Source of the DNA: Malacoraja senta
Taxonomy: Eukaryota
NCBI GenBank assembly: GCA_038087875.1
Contig: CM075996.1
Location: 6,636,001 to 6,700,000, forward strand
DNA: 64,000 nucleotides
Direction: 5' to 3'
Part shown: positions 14,497-28,860 of the stretch, one piece after another
Position numbering within the stretch: the first letter of the stretch is position 1
Layout: each line of letters begins with the position of its first letter
Made by a program: the position numbers and the translations under genes
The notes under the pieces: model-generated
What the model was told of the DNA's origin: nothing
Databases searched by the model: none
Seen by the model: the letters and a program-made list of their open reading frames with translations, nothing else

Positions 14497-16751
14497 CCCT
14501 AGTGTGCAGGATAATGCTCATGTGCGGGGATCGCTGATCGGTGCAGACTCGGTGGGCCGAAGGGACCGTTTCTGCGCTGTATCCCAAAACAAAACAAACT
14601 TAAATCTCCAGCTGTCATCATGGGAATTGAACTCTTATCTGCCCATTAATCCAAGCATCTGGGTACTGCTCACTGCTTTCATTCTTACAAATTTGACCAG
14701 GGCTCGACACTAAACAATCACATCTAGATCTCAAAGTAGACATGCCGCAAATCATGCAGCATGTCAAGTTACACTCCAAGAATCTATTACATTTGGCAAA
14801 GAGAGGGGGTTGCTATTGTGTTGTAACTGAATTTTGCCCATTAGGGACTACAGGTTTTATGTACTCAACTGCCACTTGTTTTATACAGGAGTTAGTACAG
14901 CGACGTGTCAAAGACTCTCTGGCTTATTTTCTTTGTGCACACTTTTCAGTGGTTCGAACAGTGCTAGTCTCAACATTAGAAACTAGAGTAAAAGCCACGT
15001 CAAAGCTCATGTTGCCTCCGAGACTCCCCGATAATAAGTGACCTCCATGTTTACATCAGACATGTTTACATCACAGTTCCCTGTGCATGTATGTCTGCCT
15101 GCAGAAATCCTACCTCAGTATAATCGATTGCCAAAATCTATTTACTAGCAACAGGATACAAATCAGATTTTTTTTTTTTTAAATAGCAATAAAGGGAGGC
15201 CATTTGTCCACACCTTTAGACAGTGTGGACAAACGTCTTTTAGCTCACCGAGCCCGCGCTGACCAGCGATCATCCCGTACACATCCGCACTATACAACAC
15301 ATTGGGGACAATTAACCCTGTACATCTTTGGAGTGTTGGAGGAAACCGAAGATCTCGGAGAAAAACCCACGCGGTCACAGGGAGAACGTACAAACTCCGT
15401 ACAGACAGCACCCGTGGTCAGGATCGAACCCGGGTCTCCGGCGCTGCAAGGCAGCAACTCTACTGCTGCGCTAACGCGACGCCCTTTTTACATTTTGTGT
15501 AAATATGAAGTCATGTAATTATCAGGGAGTTCCCGCATCAAAGCTACAAGCTTTTATTTACTAAATGTTTGTAGCATGGATTGTGATACTGCCGTCAGGG
15601 GAAAAACTAGCTGCTTAATTTAGTACATCTCTATCAAAGATATAGAAATAGATATAGCATACGTTTTAGTTTAGTTTAGAGACACAGGCCCTTCGGCCTA
15701 TCAAGTCCCCACCGATCAGCGATCCCCGTACACTAACACTGTCCTAGGGACAATTTACAATTTTTACCAAGCCAATTATCCTACAAACCTGTTAATTGGC
15801 ATCCGCAAAGTTGCCCCCAAATGAGAAAGTGGGATAACAAAGACCCTGCCTTGGGTAGATGTTGAAAAGACTTCTCAATACGGCCAAGCTGCCCAGGAGG
15901 GAAATTGGTCCGCCAATAGTCATAAAACACAAGAAAATAAATGAAACATGAAATTAAAGTGACGCCTAGAAAGGATTGGGGATGTGCAAAGATTCGGGAG
16001 GGGGTCAGTCAATATTGGCATAAGCTGTAGGAGTAGAATTAGGCCATTTGGCCCATCGAGTCTACTTCGCCATTCAATCATGGCTGATCTATCTTTCTCT
16101 CTCAACCACATTCTCCTGCCTTCTCCCCATAATCCTTGACACCCGTACTAATGACGAATCGATCAATCTCCACTTAACAATACCCAATAACTTGGCCTCC
16201 ACAGCTGTCTGTGGCAATGAGTTCCACAGATTCACCACCCTCGGGCTAAAGAAATTCCTCCTCGTCTCCTTTCTAAAGGTACGCCCTTTTATTCTGAAGC
16301 TGTGCCCTCTGGTCCTGGACTCCCACTAGTAGAAACATGCTCTCCACATCCATTCTATCCAGGCCTTTCACTATTCATAAATTTCAATGAGGCTCCTCCC
16401 TCATCCTTTTAAACTGGCCCAGGGCCATCAAACGCTAATCTTGTAGCTAACCATGATTCAGCAGTGGAGTTGCTGCCTTATCGCACTAGAGACCCGGGTT
16501 CGATCCTCACTACGGGTACTGTCTGTACGGAGTTTGTACGTTCTCCCCATAACCTGCGCAGGTTTTCTCCGAGGTCTTCAGTTTCCTCCAACACTCCAAT
16601 GACGTACAGGTTTGTTGGTTAATTGGCTTGGTACAAATGTGAATTATCTCTCGTGTGTAGGATAGTGTTAGTGTGCGGGGATCGCTGGTAGGTGCAGACT
16701 CGGTGGACCGAAGAGCCTATTTCCATGCTGTATCTCAACTAAAATAGTCTG

Positions 16752-17757
<1,006 letters not shown>

Positions 17758-18623
17758 TTAGTTCATTATCACCACGTGTACCAAGGTACAGTGAAAACCT
17801 TTTTTGTTGCGTGCTATTCAGTCAGTGAAAAGACTACTCAGTGTGTAGGAAGGAACTGCAGATGCTGGTTTAAACCGAAGGTCGACACAAAAAGCTGGAG
17901 TAACTCAGCGGGACAGGCTGCATTTCTGGAGAGAAGGAATGGGTGACGTTTCGGGAAGACACTTCTTCAGCCTGAAGGGTCTCGACCAGAAAAGTCGCCT
18001 GTCCAGCCGTTACCGAGACCCTTCTTCAGGCCGAGACCCTTCTTCAGCCTGAAGACGGGTCTCGACCCGAAACATCACCCATTCCTTCTCTCCAGAGATG
18101 CTGCCTGTCCAGCCGAGTTACTCCAGCTACTCCAGCTTTTTGTGTGCATCTTCGGAAAAGACTATACAGGTCCACCATCGTTTTCGGGCACCCATGGTTC
18201 CAGAGCCATTCTGGATTATCCGTTTAGCTGGAGCAGATGTCACAAGCTCCGTGAGTCGTCGAACGGTACTGGAATGGTCCGTCCAGGCACCTAAATACCA
18301 GCCCGCAAAGTCGGCCTCGGATGTCGGCCATGGGAACGGATGTGCCGGTCAATATTTATCCTCCACCCAGTGCACCACAAGTAAGGGATTGATCATTTTC
18401 TTAGAGATTGCTACATTTCCTACAAAGTTTCTAAACTACTTCACTGGCTATAAAATGCTTTGGGATGCACAAACTGCAAGTATCTTTTTCTTATCGCATT
18501 CCAGTAGGAATCTCAGGGTTTTTTTCCCCCCTCTAAAATCTGTTAATTCATTTTAACTTTCTGCAAATACTTGATTTTCACCTGCTGCATTGGGAGGCTT
18601 AACCTTCGTCAGGATTAGATTCC

Positions 18624-18923
18624 GGCGGCACAGTGGCGCAGCGGTAGAGTTGCTGCTTTACAGCAACGGAGACCCAGGTTGGAGCCCGACGTCAGGTGCT
18701 GTCTTTACGGAGTCTGTACGTTCACCCTATGACTGCATGAGTTTTCTCCGGGTGCTCCAGTTGCCTCCCACATCCCAAAGACGTGCAGGATTTTAGGTTA
18801 ATTGGCTTCTGTAAATTGTCCCTAGTGAGTAGGACAGAACTAATGTACGGGTGATCGTTGGTCAGCACGGACTCAGTGGGCCAAAGGGCCTTTTTCCCCA
18901 CGATGTTTCTCTAACCTAAACTA
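18624..18923 (+). mobile_element. tRNA-derived SINE (HE1/V-SINE-like), representative of roughly 20 or more copies
   Basis: Head GGCGGCACAGTGGCGCAGCGGTAGAG (A box; other copies show the GGTTCGATCC B box), shared body, (CTAAA)n tail; similar copies near 950, 7480, 9915, 15240, 19590, 20900, 44700, 45830, 52330, 53000, 62360. Confidence 0.85.
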
Positions 18924-19210
18924 TTCCCTACAACACTCAATATCTAGGCTAAAGCACAAAATCGAGCCAATTATAACAAGCCTGCAGAAGGCAGCAGTAA
19001 AAATGAACTGTTCCACACACATATTCCAACATTTCCAGGAAAACAGGAGCAAGAAAGAAACAGGCAGCAAATTATACTACATACCAAACAATATTGTTGA
19101 TTTACTCCAATTTTCCACAGGTGCAGTTTGACCCGAATATTTTTATAATGTCCAATATAAATGACAACTTTATTACGTATTAAAACTAAATTGTTTTGCT
19201 TTTCCCTTAC

Positions 19211-19391
19211 CTGACCTCCAGAAAGTCATTCTCCCCAACTCGTTTGCGAACCAAGTAGTCGGCCACCTTCCCGCCTGCCTCCTGCCGCTCACGGAGAAGG
19301 ATCAGATCAGAGTAGATCTGCTCCGACAGACTCTTGACGGTCGCCACCGATGCTTCTATGTCGTCATCGTTCAGTCCGTATTTCTTGCCAT
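19211..19391 (-). CDS. GTPBP1: GTPBP1 coding exon 3
   Basis: [60 protein letters not shown](R); 181 nt, AG/GT flanks. Confidence 0.95.
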
Positions 19392-20663
19392 CTGGAATAA
19401 TAGCCCGGGTATTTATTGGGAATTTTCAAGGTGGAGATTTATAGATTCTTGATTAGTAAGGGCGACAACTGGATATGGGGAGAAGGCAGATGAATGGGGT
19501 TGAGCAGGAAAAATAGATCAGCCATGAATGGATGGTGGACTTGATGGCAAATGGCCTGATTCGGCTCCTCTGAATTATGGGGGTTCATGGTGGCGCAGCG
19601 GCAGAGTTGCTGCCTTACAGCGCTGGAGACCCGGGTTCGATCCCGACCACGAGTGCTGTCTGTACGGTTTGTACATTCTCCCCATGATCGTGTGTTTTTT
19701 ATCCGAGATCTTCGGTTTCCTCCCACATTCCAAAGATGTACAGGTATGTAGATTAATTGGCTTGGTGCAAGTGTAAATTGTCCCTAGTGTGTGTAGGATC
19801 GTATTAATGTGTGAGGATCGCTGGTCAGCACGGACTCGGTGGGCTGAAGGGCCCGTTTCTGCACTGTATCTCCGAACTAAACTAACAAACTTATAAATGG
19901 AGCAGGCCTTGCTGCACTGTTCATTCGTTTTCCTTCTGGAAACAAAAACAATTTACAGGAACTTTGAAAATGGACCCAGTCACACTGCACACTGAGGTGT
20001 ACTCCTAGCCAGGGGAATGTTAAATAGGAGGGGGAAAGAGAGAGCAGAACTTGGTCTACCCACAGTTAGGCAATCCAAATTATAATTGAGAAACGGAAAT
20101 CCTCTTGTACCATAAACCCATCTTATCACCTTTCTGCTATCTGCCTGCATATGTTTATCCATCTCTTGTTAACTGTTAGGTGGTTTATAATACTCCCTCA
20201 AAGTTTCAACATCCTTTTTATTCCTAACCTGTTATGGCCTCCTCTAAGGAGACTTCTTAGATATCCTCCTTAAATATTGAAGTAATACATTCCTTGACCA
20301 ACAATGCTGATGAGGCAGGGGGTTCTTGACTAACAATTCCTTTTACGCCCCCCTCACCCCTCCCCATCTCACTTGAAAATTCTGCACCTCGGAATACAGA
20401 GTTGCCAATTCTGCCTAGCTACAGTGGCGCAGCAGTAGAGTTGCTGCTTTACAGCACCAGAGACCCGGGTTCGATCCTGACTACAGGTGCTGTCTGTACA
20501 GAGTTTGCACATTCGCCCTTTGACAGCGTGGGTGCTCCGGTTTTCTCCCATATTCCAAAGACGTACAGGTTTGTAGGTTATTTGACTTCTGTAGATTGAT
20601 GGTATAGATAAAATACATAGGAATCATATGTTATTAATCAGTAAAGGTATGTTTAAACTTTAC

Positions 20664-20775
20664 CTGAGCCTTGGCCGATCACATAGATAGTTTCCCCACA
20701 ACCCTCATCCATTCGCTCTCTCAGCTGCTTCAACAAACAGTCGTACTGCTCCGAACTTGGGCTCACCAACGCAAA
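20664..20775 (-). CDS. GTPBP1: GTPBP1 coding exon 2
   Basis: Hand translation [37 protein letters not shown](D); 112 nt, AG/GT flanks, phase 0 to 1. Confidence 0.95.
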
Positions 20776-22022
20776 CTAGAGGAAAACAAAGTTACAGCAC
20801 AATTATCCAAATAAATTGATTAGCCAGTCGAAAGTGACACATTCTCACCTAATTTAAAGCTATAGTGCTCCAGTATCCACCATGTCCTGAATAGTTAGAG
20901 CGGCATAGTGGCACAGCAGAGTAGCTGCCTTATAGCGCCAGAGCCATGGGTGCTATCCTGACTACAGTTGTGTGTGCAGAGTTTACACATTCTGTGTGAC
21001 CGCATGAGTTTTCTCTGAGTGCTCAAGTTTCCTCCCACACTCCAAAGGCTTGCAGGTTTGTGGGTTAATGGACTTCTGTAAATTGTCCTTAGAGTGTAAG
21101 ACAGAACAAGTATACGGGGCGATTGTTGGTCAGTGCAGACTTGGAGGGCCGAAAGGCCCGTTCCTACGCTGTATCTCTAAAAAAAATTTAAAAATAAAAC
21201 TACCATGCTAACAGGGGTTTACAGCTACTTCTAAAGTGAATCTAGCAACAGTTAATTATTTAAGGGCAACTTCACGTTGCTGCATGGAATGTTAAACATA
21301 TCTAAATATGAATGAAGTAAACAAAAGAACCACAAATCTGCAATTACTAGAAATCAGAGACAAAAGTGGAAAGTCCTAGAAATATACAAGTCAGTTGATC
21401 TTTCAAATAAAGGATTAAGTCTAACTTGTTAACCCGTCATTTAATAAAAGAGAGATTAAACATTGTGGATATGCGACTCTTGTTTCATCAATAATAGGAT
21501 ATCAGGTTTGTATACACTACAATGACTGCATAAACCAATGCCCAGGGTGTGAAACACCACAATGACAAGGCACAATGATTTTAAAGCCAAGATCTTTCCT
21601 CAAGCTTTGGTTAAACATGATCACTTTCAACTTCGCACAACCATCTGCACTTCCTTAATTATATCCAGTCTTAAATCAGTCTGTCTTTTTGTTTCTCGAA
21701 AAGTTTCCCAAAACGTTGCCCATTTCCTTCGCTCCATAGATGCTGTCTCACCCGCTGAGTTTCTCCAGCATTTTTGTCTACCTGTCTTTTTGTTTCATCA
21801 CTCTGCATTTTGTTTTTGGTTATTGTATCTGCTGGATTAATTTACCTGTAATACTGTCATCATTTCTGTTTCTACAGCACATACTATCTTTTGCATACAA
21901 TTAAAGAGTTGGCATTTTTAATACTTTACCCTTAATCCAACAAATTCTATAGTTAAAGATAGACAACAAATGCTGGAGTAACTCAGCGGGTCAGGCAGCA
22001 TCTACGGTGAACATGGATAGGT

Positions 22023-22050
22023 GACGTTTCGGGTCGGGACCCTTCTTCAG
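22023..22050 (-). ncRNA. Hammerhead-ribozyme-like core
   Basis: Minus strand CTGAAGAAGGGTCCCGACCCGAAACGTC (loop CCCG); sense to the GTPBP1 pre-mRNA. Confidence 0.65.
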
Positions 22051-22688
22051 ACATCATCTATCCATGTTCCCCAGAGATGCTGCCCAACCCGCTGAGTTAC
22101 TCCAGCAGTGTCCATCTTTGGTATAAACCAGCATCTGCAGTTCTTTTTACTAAACGCTACAGTTGCCTTACCAGAACTTTATAGACCTTGCAGATTTCAC
22201 TGGATTACGGCAATATAGTTTTGATCTCCTTCGCCAAAGGAAGAAAATACATGTAATTTCCACACTGCGAATTGTATATATTGTGATGGATGAATTAAGG
22301 AAAACTATTTGCATGACATGGGCGGAATTGGTTAAAACAAGTTTTCAATCGGGAACTTGAGAACTATTTGAAAGTTACCTTGGAAATTGACAAGCAGAAA
22401 AAGGCCATCTTCCAAATAAAAATCTGTTTAGGGGGAAATGTTATTTTGTGTCACCTCTCCAGAGTAATCAGACACCAGTGTCTATTAAGAATACTGTCTG
22501 TTTCACCACATGGATAATGAAATTGACAAGCAATTGTTTCCATTGATATTTTTGCAATGATGCTCTAGAATCGTACCGTGGAAGCAGGGCCTTCAAACAT
22601 GGATCCCTGGAGAACATGGATAGGTGACGTTTTCTGTCGGGACCCCTCAGGCACAGCTTTAAGGCGAGAGAGGCAACGTTTAAAGATA

Positions 22689-23250
22689 ACTAGACCAAAT
22701 GCAGACCCGTTGGGTCTGGACACTGAACGTTCTTCAGACCCCGGGGTTTTAGATCCCGAACGAGCGTCAGACCCCGGGGTGACAATCCCTAGTGAAAAAA
22801 ATCCCGAACGTGCAGATCCCCGGCTGAAAATAGCTTGCGAATAAAACACAGAACGTGCTTCAGACCCCGGGACACAGAACGTGCTTCATAACCTGGGGTT
22901 TTAGAGCCTGAACTAGATTAAGATCCCGTGGCGAAAAAAATATGGCGTCGTTTTCGGAGCAGAGGCGGTCGACAGCAGCCGTTATGGTGGCTGAACCAGC
23001 AGGAGGAGACAAAATGTGTGAGTGTTGGGGGGGGGGGGGAAGGGGTTGGATTTTATTTTAAAAAGTGTACATAAACACAACGAAATTTAATCAGTGGCTA
23101 CTCTTAAAAGAAAAGTGAAATCTCTACCGAAATGGGAAAAATCTCGGCGTTTCTGCGCGCGGTGTTGGCGTAGCGAGGAATCAAAGGCTGCTGGCTGGCA
23201 CAAGTCAAGCAGATACTCACACAGACACACAGTTTTAAATATAGATAGAT
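22689..23250 (+). mobile_element. Putative non-autonomous Helentron/DINE-1-like element
   Basis: ACTAGA start, subterminal hairpin CAGACCC-GTT-GGGTCTG, internal tandem subrepeats, CA-rich microsatellite, TTTTAAATATAGATAGAT end, no clear TSD. Confidence 0.45.
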
Positions 23251-26200
23251 GTATGGGTCAGGTTTGCCTTTTTACCGTGGGATGGAGACAGAAATGAGAG
23301 TGGGATTTAAGAGACCTTTTGGATTTGCACATGGATGTGGAGAGAAAGGAGGGATATAGATGCCATGCAGGCAGAGATTAGTTTATCTTGGCATCATGTC
23401 CGACGCAGAAGGGCCTGTACCTGTGCTGCATATGTCCTATAACCCATTACTTTTCTGCACTGCATCCAAAACAAGTGCAGGCAGTTCTGCTATAATGCCA
23501 TCGATATTTTTTTGAAATCTTGTGTTATAGAAAATTGAGTTAGAAAAACAATTGGAGAATTTCAGACTTGCAATAACAAACCTTTTTTCTCTCACTAGGA
23601 TTTTTCTCTCAGAGGATTTTCAAAACTAGAGGTTCTTAATAGCTTTAAGTTTATTTTTGTTATTGCTACCAAAATATTCGAAAGGCTCCATGATTCATTG
23701 CTTAATAGAGTTTGGGTCATCATATTATAGGAAAGATGCCGTCAAGCTAGAAAGGGAATTGAGGATGGTACCAGGACCGGGGATGCAGTTACTCCAGCAC
23801 GGTATCTTTTTTTGTAAACCAGCATCTGCAGTTCCTTGTTTCCATATTAAAGCTAAGCCTTCTGGCTTTTGACATTTCCATCCCAGAAAAAAGGCTCCGA
23901 CCGTCTACCCTATCTATTGTCTTGTGAGAACAGCCCAAGAGGATTGGGCCTATATTCACTGGAGTTAGAAGAATGAGGTGATCTGATTGAAACATAAGAG
24001 GCCAAGACGATTTGATACCAGGCTTGGTGGGATTGATAGGTTTGTTGATCTGAAAGCCGACTCTCCTGGCCACACAATCTCTTATGTCTGAAGGAAATAC
24101 GAGCATACAAACGGCAGCCACCTCACAATTGCAAGAGAGATCACCTGGGTTAACTCTGCAAAATCTTCCAGATCAAGTGAACCAACATCTACAGTCACTG
24201 GGAAACACCCGGCGCAGTGGCAGGCTTGCTGCCTGACAGCGCCACAGACCCGCGTTTCATCCAGACTACGGGTGCTGTCTGTACGGAGTTTGTACGTTCT
24301 CCATGTGGGTTTTCTCTGGGTGCTCTGGTTTCCTCCCACACTCCAATGACATGCAGGTTTGATAGTTCATGGGCTTCAGTAAAATTGTAAATTGTCGCTA
24401 GTGTGTAGGATAATGCTAGTATAGGGTGATCGCAGGTCTGCGTGGGCTGAAAGCCCCATTTCCATACTGCACCTTTAAACAATTCAAAAGAGGCAACACA
24501 GCAGCAGACCCAGTAGCTGCCACCTTGTAGTACCATCCTCCCAGGATCAATCTTGATATCTTTGTGTCTACACAGAGTTTGCATTTTCCCTCAATGACAG
24601 AGAGTTATTTTTGCCCCCCCCCCACCCTACAATCAGGTATGCAAGTTTCCTCCCAGATCCCAATGTGTGCATGTTGATAGGATAATTAACCTGTAAAAAT
24701 TGTATTGGAGACTGGCAGAATCTGGGTGGAGATACAGGGAATGTGGAGAGAATAAGTTACAGGGGAAATTCTCAAGCTGGCAGTAGCAGAGGACTGTTTA
24801 GCCCATTAAATCCATGCCGTAAGAAAAATGGAAATATAGATAGTTAACGCAACTCACTCAGCATTTTCATTTACTATTAAAATTAATACATATCAATCAT
24901 AGAAGTAGACATGCCAAATTTCTGCCACACGTTCGCATGTATAATTCTTAATTTGCACCTTAAAAACAAGCCATACCCTTCAAGAGACTATACCCAGAGT
25001 CCAAAACCCCATAACAAACAGAAATGACTTCACCCTACTGACCACAGTACTCATTAATAGATCACCATTTTAACAATGTTCTGAATTCTCAGGAAGAAAA
25101 CAATCTGCACAATATCATGGCATGACAAAACTTAGACTAAAACCAGTCTGAAGAAGGCATCTCGACTCAAAATAGCATCTGACCATTTCCTCCCAAGGTG
25201 CTGCCCGACTTGCTGAGTTCTTCCAACACCTTGTGTCGGTCCAGCAACTAAATACTAAAGTAGTAACTTTATATGCTTCAACTCTTTCTCCAGAGATGCT
25301 GCCTGATCCTCGGAGTTATTCCAGCATTTAGTTTAATTTAGCACATTGTCACATGCACAGAGGTACAGTGAGAAGCTTTTTGTTGTGTGCCGACCACTCT
25401 CAGTTGTGTTTATCTTTGGAGAGAAGGAATGGGTGACGTTTCGGGTCGAGACCCTTCTGCAGACGCTGAAGGTCTGAAGAAGGGTCTCGACCTGAAACGT
25501 CACCCAGTCCTTCCCTCCAGAGATGCTGCCCGTCTCATTGAGTTACTCCAGCTTTTTGTGTCTTATCTTCGGTGTAAACGAGCATCTGCAGTTCCTTCCT
25601 ACACATTGCATCTATCTTTAGTATAAACCCACAGCAGCAGTTTCTTTTTATTACACTCAGTCTTTATCTGTCCCTTCCACCACAAGTACTAACGTTATGC
25701 TAAGATGTCGCACCCAGAACTTCTGGACTCCACATCTAAGCGCTCCAGACTTGAGAACCATGCAACTCAACAAGTTGCAACTCCAAGGACGGAAAGATAA
25801 GGAGGAAGAAGCTGTGTCTCGGTAGATAAATCGGCATGTGTAGGAAGGAACGGCAGATGCTGGCTTGCACCGAAGATAGACTCAAAATGCTGAAGTAACT
25901 CAGCGGGACACGCAGCATCACTGGAGAGAAGGAATGGAGAAGGGGTCAGTCTGCCTGTCCCGCTGAGTTACTCCAGCATTTCGTAGCTGGCTTTGATATC
26001 TGAAGGGCAACATAGCAGTGTGTGCTGCTGACAATGCCCGTGACGTGTTTGGTGGCTCTGAATGAGTAGAGGGGCCAGTGTGCAGCTGGGCGATTCTGAG
26101 TTTTGTACAGGAAAGAATTGCAGATGCTGTTTTACACCGAAGAAAGACGCAAAAAGCTGGAGAAACTCAGCGGATCAGACAGCATCATTGGAGAAAGGGA

Positions 26201-26505
26201 ATAGCCGACTTTTCGGGTCGAGACAGAATGATCGTTGAGTAACACCAGCTTTTTTGGCTCTTATCTTAGGTGTTTGAGTTTACTGGCTGTGAGGCCTGCA
26301 CGAAGAAGGGTCTCGACCCGAAACGTCACCCATCCCTTCACTCCAGAGATGCTGCTGCCTGTCCCGCTGATTTACTCCAGCTTTTTGTGTGTATCTTATC
26401 TTCTACGTTGCATGAAGGTTTGTCGGTGGTGAGTGTAGTGTAGTGTAGGAGCCCCTTCTGGCCCAGTGACCAGCCCGTCCTCTCAGCTCTCTATCTCTCC
26501 CTTAC

Positions 26506-26637
26506 CTTGGACGCCAGGTCGGGCTCCAGCTCCCCGTTGACATCCTCGTCCAGCTCGCCGTCCTGCTCGGGGGCGAAGATGCTGGGCAGCTCCCCGGCGC
26601 CGGGCCGGGCCTCGGCAGCCGCAGCCGGCGCCGCCAT
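26506..26637 (-). CDS. GTPBP1: GTP-binding protein 1, coding exon 1
   Basis: ATG at 26637; MAAPAAAAEARPGAGELPSIFAPEQDGELDEDVNGELEPDLASK resembles vertebrate GTPBP1 N-terminus (SMFAPE..NGEPELDLTSK); 132 nt, GTAAG donor; in a CpG island. Confidence 0.9.
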
Positions 26638-27300
26638 TGATCCGAGGCCTCTCAGGAGGAGGAGGAGAGGCGGAGCCGGAGCCGCCAACTCTCCTTAAAG
26701 GTTTATTTTCTCCGCCGACACAAAAGCCTGACTGTTTCCAGGCGCCCCCCACCCCTCACCCCCACCACTTTACTCAGTCACTCACTCTTCGGGCGCCCAG
26801 TCCTCGCGCAATTGTTTCAAGTCTTCCCCCGACCGTTTCGAGACCCCCTGTCCCCCCGAAGCCCTACCGGCCGTTTCAAGGCTCCCCCGCGCCGCTTGGC
26901 GGGGCGGCGGTTTCTAGGCCCCCTCAGCACTGTTTGCAAACAACAGCCTTCCCGCCCCTCAGGTTTCAACCGCTGCCGCGCTCTGTTGCCCGCTCCAAAC
27001 TCCGATTTCCTCCTCGTCATCCCACACGGCAGGGTACTGAGGAAGCGAACATTGCGGACGCTACTTATTTAAACGCGCAGGTGAACGGGCGGGGCGTTTA
27101 AACGTATTTGGCGGCGGTTGGGGAGGTGGGCGGGTTCTGGGGAATGGGGCGAGACTTCCGCTGTCGGAAACGCCCACGGTGTGATTGACGCGAGCCTCGC
27201 CCTATAGGCGACGGCACTGTCTTTCCGGCCACTGATGGACACGCACCTCGCCCTATAGGCGACGGCGTAGCCACGCCCATGAAGGTCAGATCTAATCATA
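26638..27300 (-). promoter_or_regulatory. GTPBP1 CpG-island promoter / 5' UTR
   Basis: CpG-rich stretch directly upstream of the ATG; GC boxes, ETS-like ACTTCCG near 27154, duplicated 21-bp motif at 27195 and 27246. Confidence 0.75.
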
Positions 27301-27959
27301 TGGGACACGCCTCCTGTCTGTCTTGCTTGCCCCCTGATGCAACTTTGGAGCAATCCAACCCAATACAATCTAACACAACAAATACCACAATAAACAATGC
27401 AATTGTAGGACCTCCTGCTGAGAATTATTACTTGCTGATGAAACATTGTTGAAATCTCTGGCCAGCAGCCACAACTAGTATTTATGCAGCCAGTGTAACC
27501 TGTAAAATAGGCACAAATTGCTGGAGGAACTCAGCGGGACAGGCAGCACCTCTGGAGATGTCACCCTGTCCCGCTGAGGTACTCCACCATTTTTGTGTCT
27601 ACCTTCTCGGTGTAAACCAGCATTTGTCAAATCACCCTTTCTTGCTTGTCCCTGATGCAACTTTGGAGCAATACAGTCCACCACAACAAAATACCACAAT
27701 AAACAATGCAATTGTATGATCTCCTTCTGGGAATTTTTATTATCTGATGCAACACTGTTGAAATCTGGCAGCAACCACAACTAGTAATTACGCAACGTAT
27801 AACCTTTAAGGTTACACCAAAGATAGACACAAAACGCTGGAGTAACTCAGTGGGACAGGCAGCATCTCTGGAGGGAAGGATTGGGTGACGTTTTGGGTCG
27901 AAAGTGAAGAAGAGTCTGGAGAAGTCTCGACCCGAAACGTCATCCATTTCTTCCTTCCA

Positions 27960-28660
27960 GAGATGTTCCAGACATCGGAGATGTCCTCATTCTTTAGGAA
28001 ACGGGGGTTCCCCTCTTCCATTATAGATGAGTCTCTCACTAGGGTCTCCTCGATATCCCGCAGCTCTGCTCTTGCTCCCCCTCCCCCCATTCGTAACAAG
28101 GACAGTCCCCCTTGTCCTCACCTTCCATCCCATCAGCCGTCGCTTACAGCATATAATCCTCCAACATTTATCGCCACCTCCAATGGGATCCCACTACTGG
28201 CCAAATCTTCCCATCCCCAATCCTTTCTGCTTTCCGCAGAGACCGTTCCTTCCGAAACGCCCTGGTCAACTCGTCCCTTCCCACCCAAACCACCCCCTCC
28301 CCAGGTACTTTCCCCTGCAATCGCAGGAGATGCAACATCTGTCCCTTTACTTCCCCCCTCGACTCCATCCAAGGACCCAAACAGTCTTTCCAGGTGAGGC
28401 AGAGGTTCACTTGCACCTCCTCCAACCTCATCTACTGTATCCGCTGTTCCAGGTGTCAACTTCTCTACATCGGCGAGACCAAGCACATGCTCAGCGATTG
28501 TTTCGCTGAACACCTCCGTACAGTCCGTCTTAACCTACCCGATCTAGCAGTGGCTCAGCACTTCAACTCCCCCTCCCATTCCCAATCTGATCTCTCTGTC
28601 CTGGGCCTCCTCCATTGTCAGAGTGACGCCCAGCGCAAATTGGAGGAACAGCACCTCCTA
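27960..28660 (+). mobile_element. Penelope-like element fragment
   Basis: [26 protein letters not shown]; preceded by an inverted terminal-repeat segment; runs into a gap. Confidence 0.88.
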
Positions 28661-28860
28661 NNNNNNNNNNNNNNNNNNNNNNNNNNNNNNNNNNNNNNNN
28701 NNNNNNNNNNNNNNNNNNNNNNNNNNNNNNNNNNNNNNNNNNNNNNNNNNNNNNNNNNNNNNNNNNNNNNNNNNNNNNNNNNNNNNNNNNNNNNNNNNNN
28801 NNNNNNNNNNNNNNNNNNNNNNNNNNNNNNNNNNNNNNNNNNNNNNNNNNNNNNNNNNNN
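28661..28860. other. Assembly gap (200 N)
   Basis: Run of N. Confidence 1.

Noticed and set aside
26638..26688. N-terminal extension of GTPBP1 in the ORF track
   Set aside because: Begins at TTG; the ATG at 26637 in good context is the simpler start
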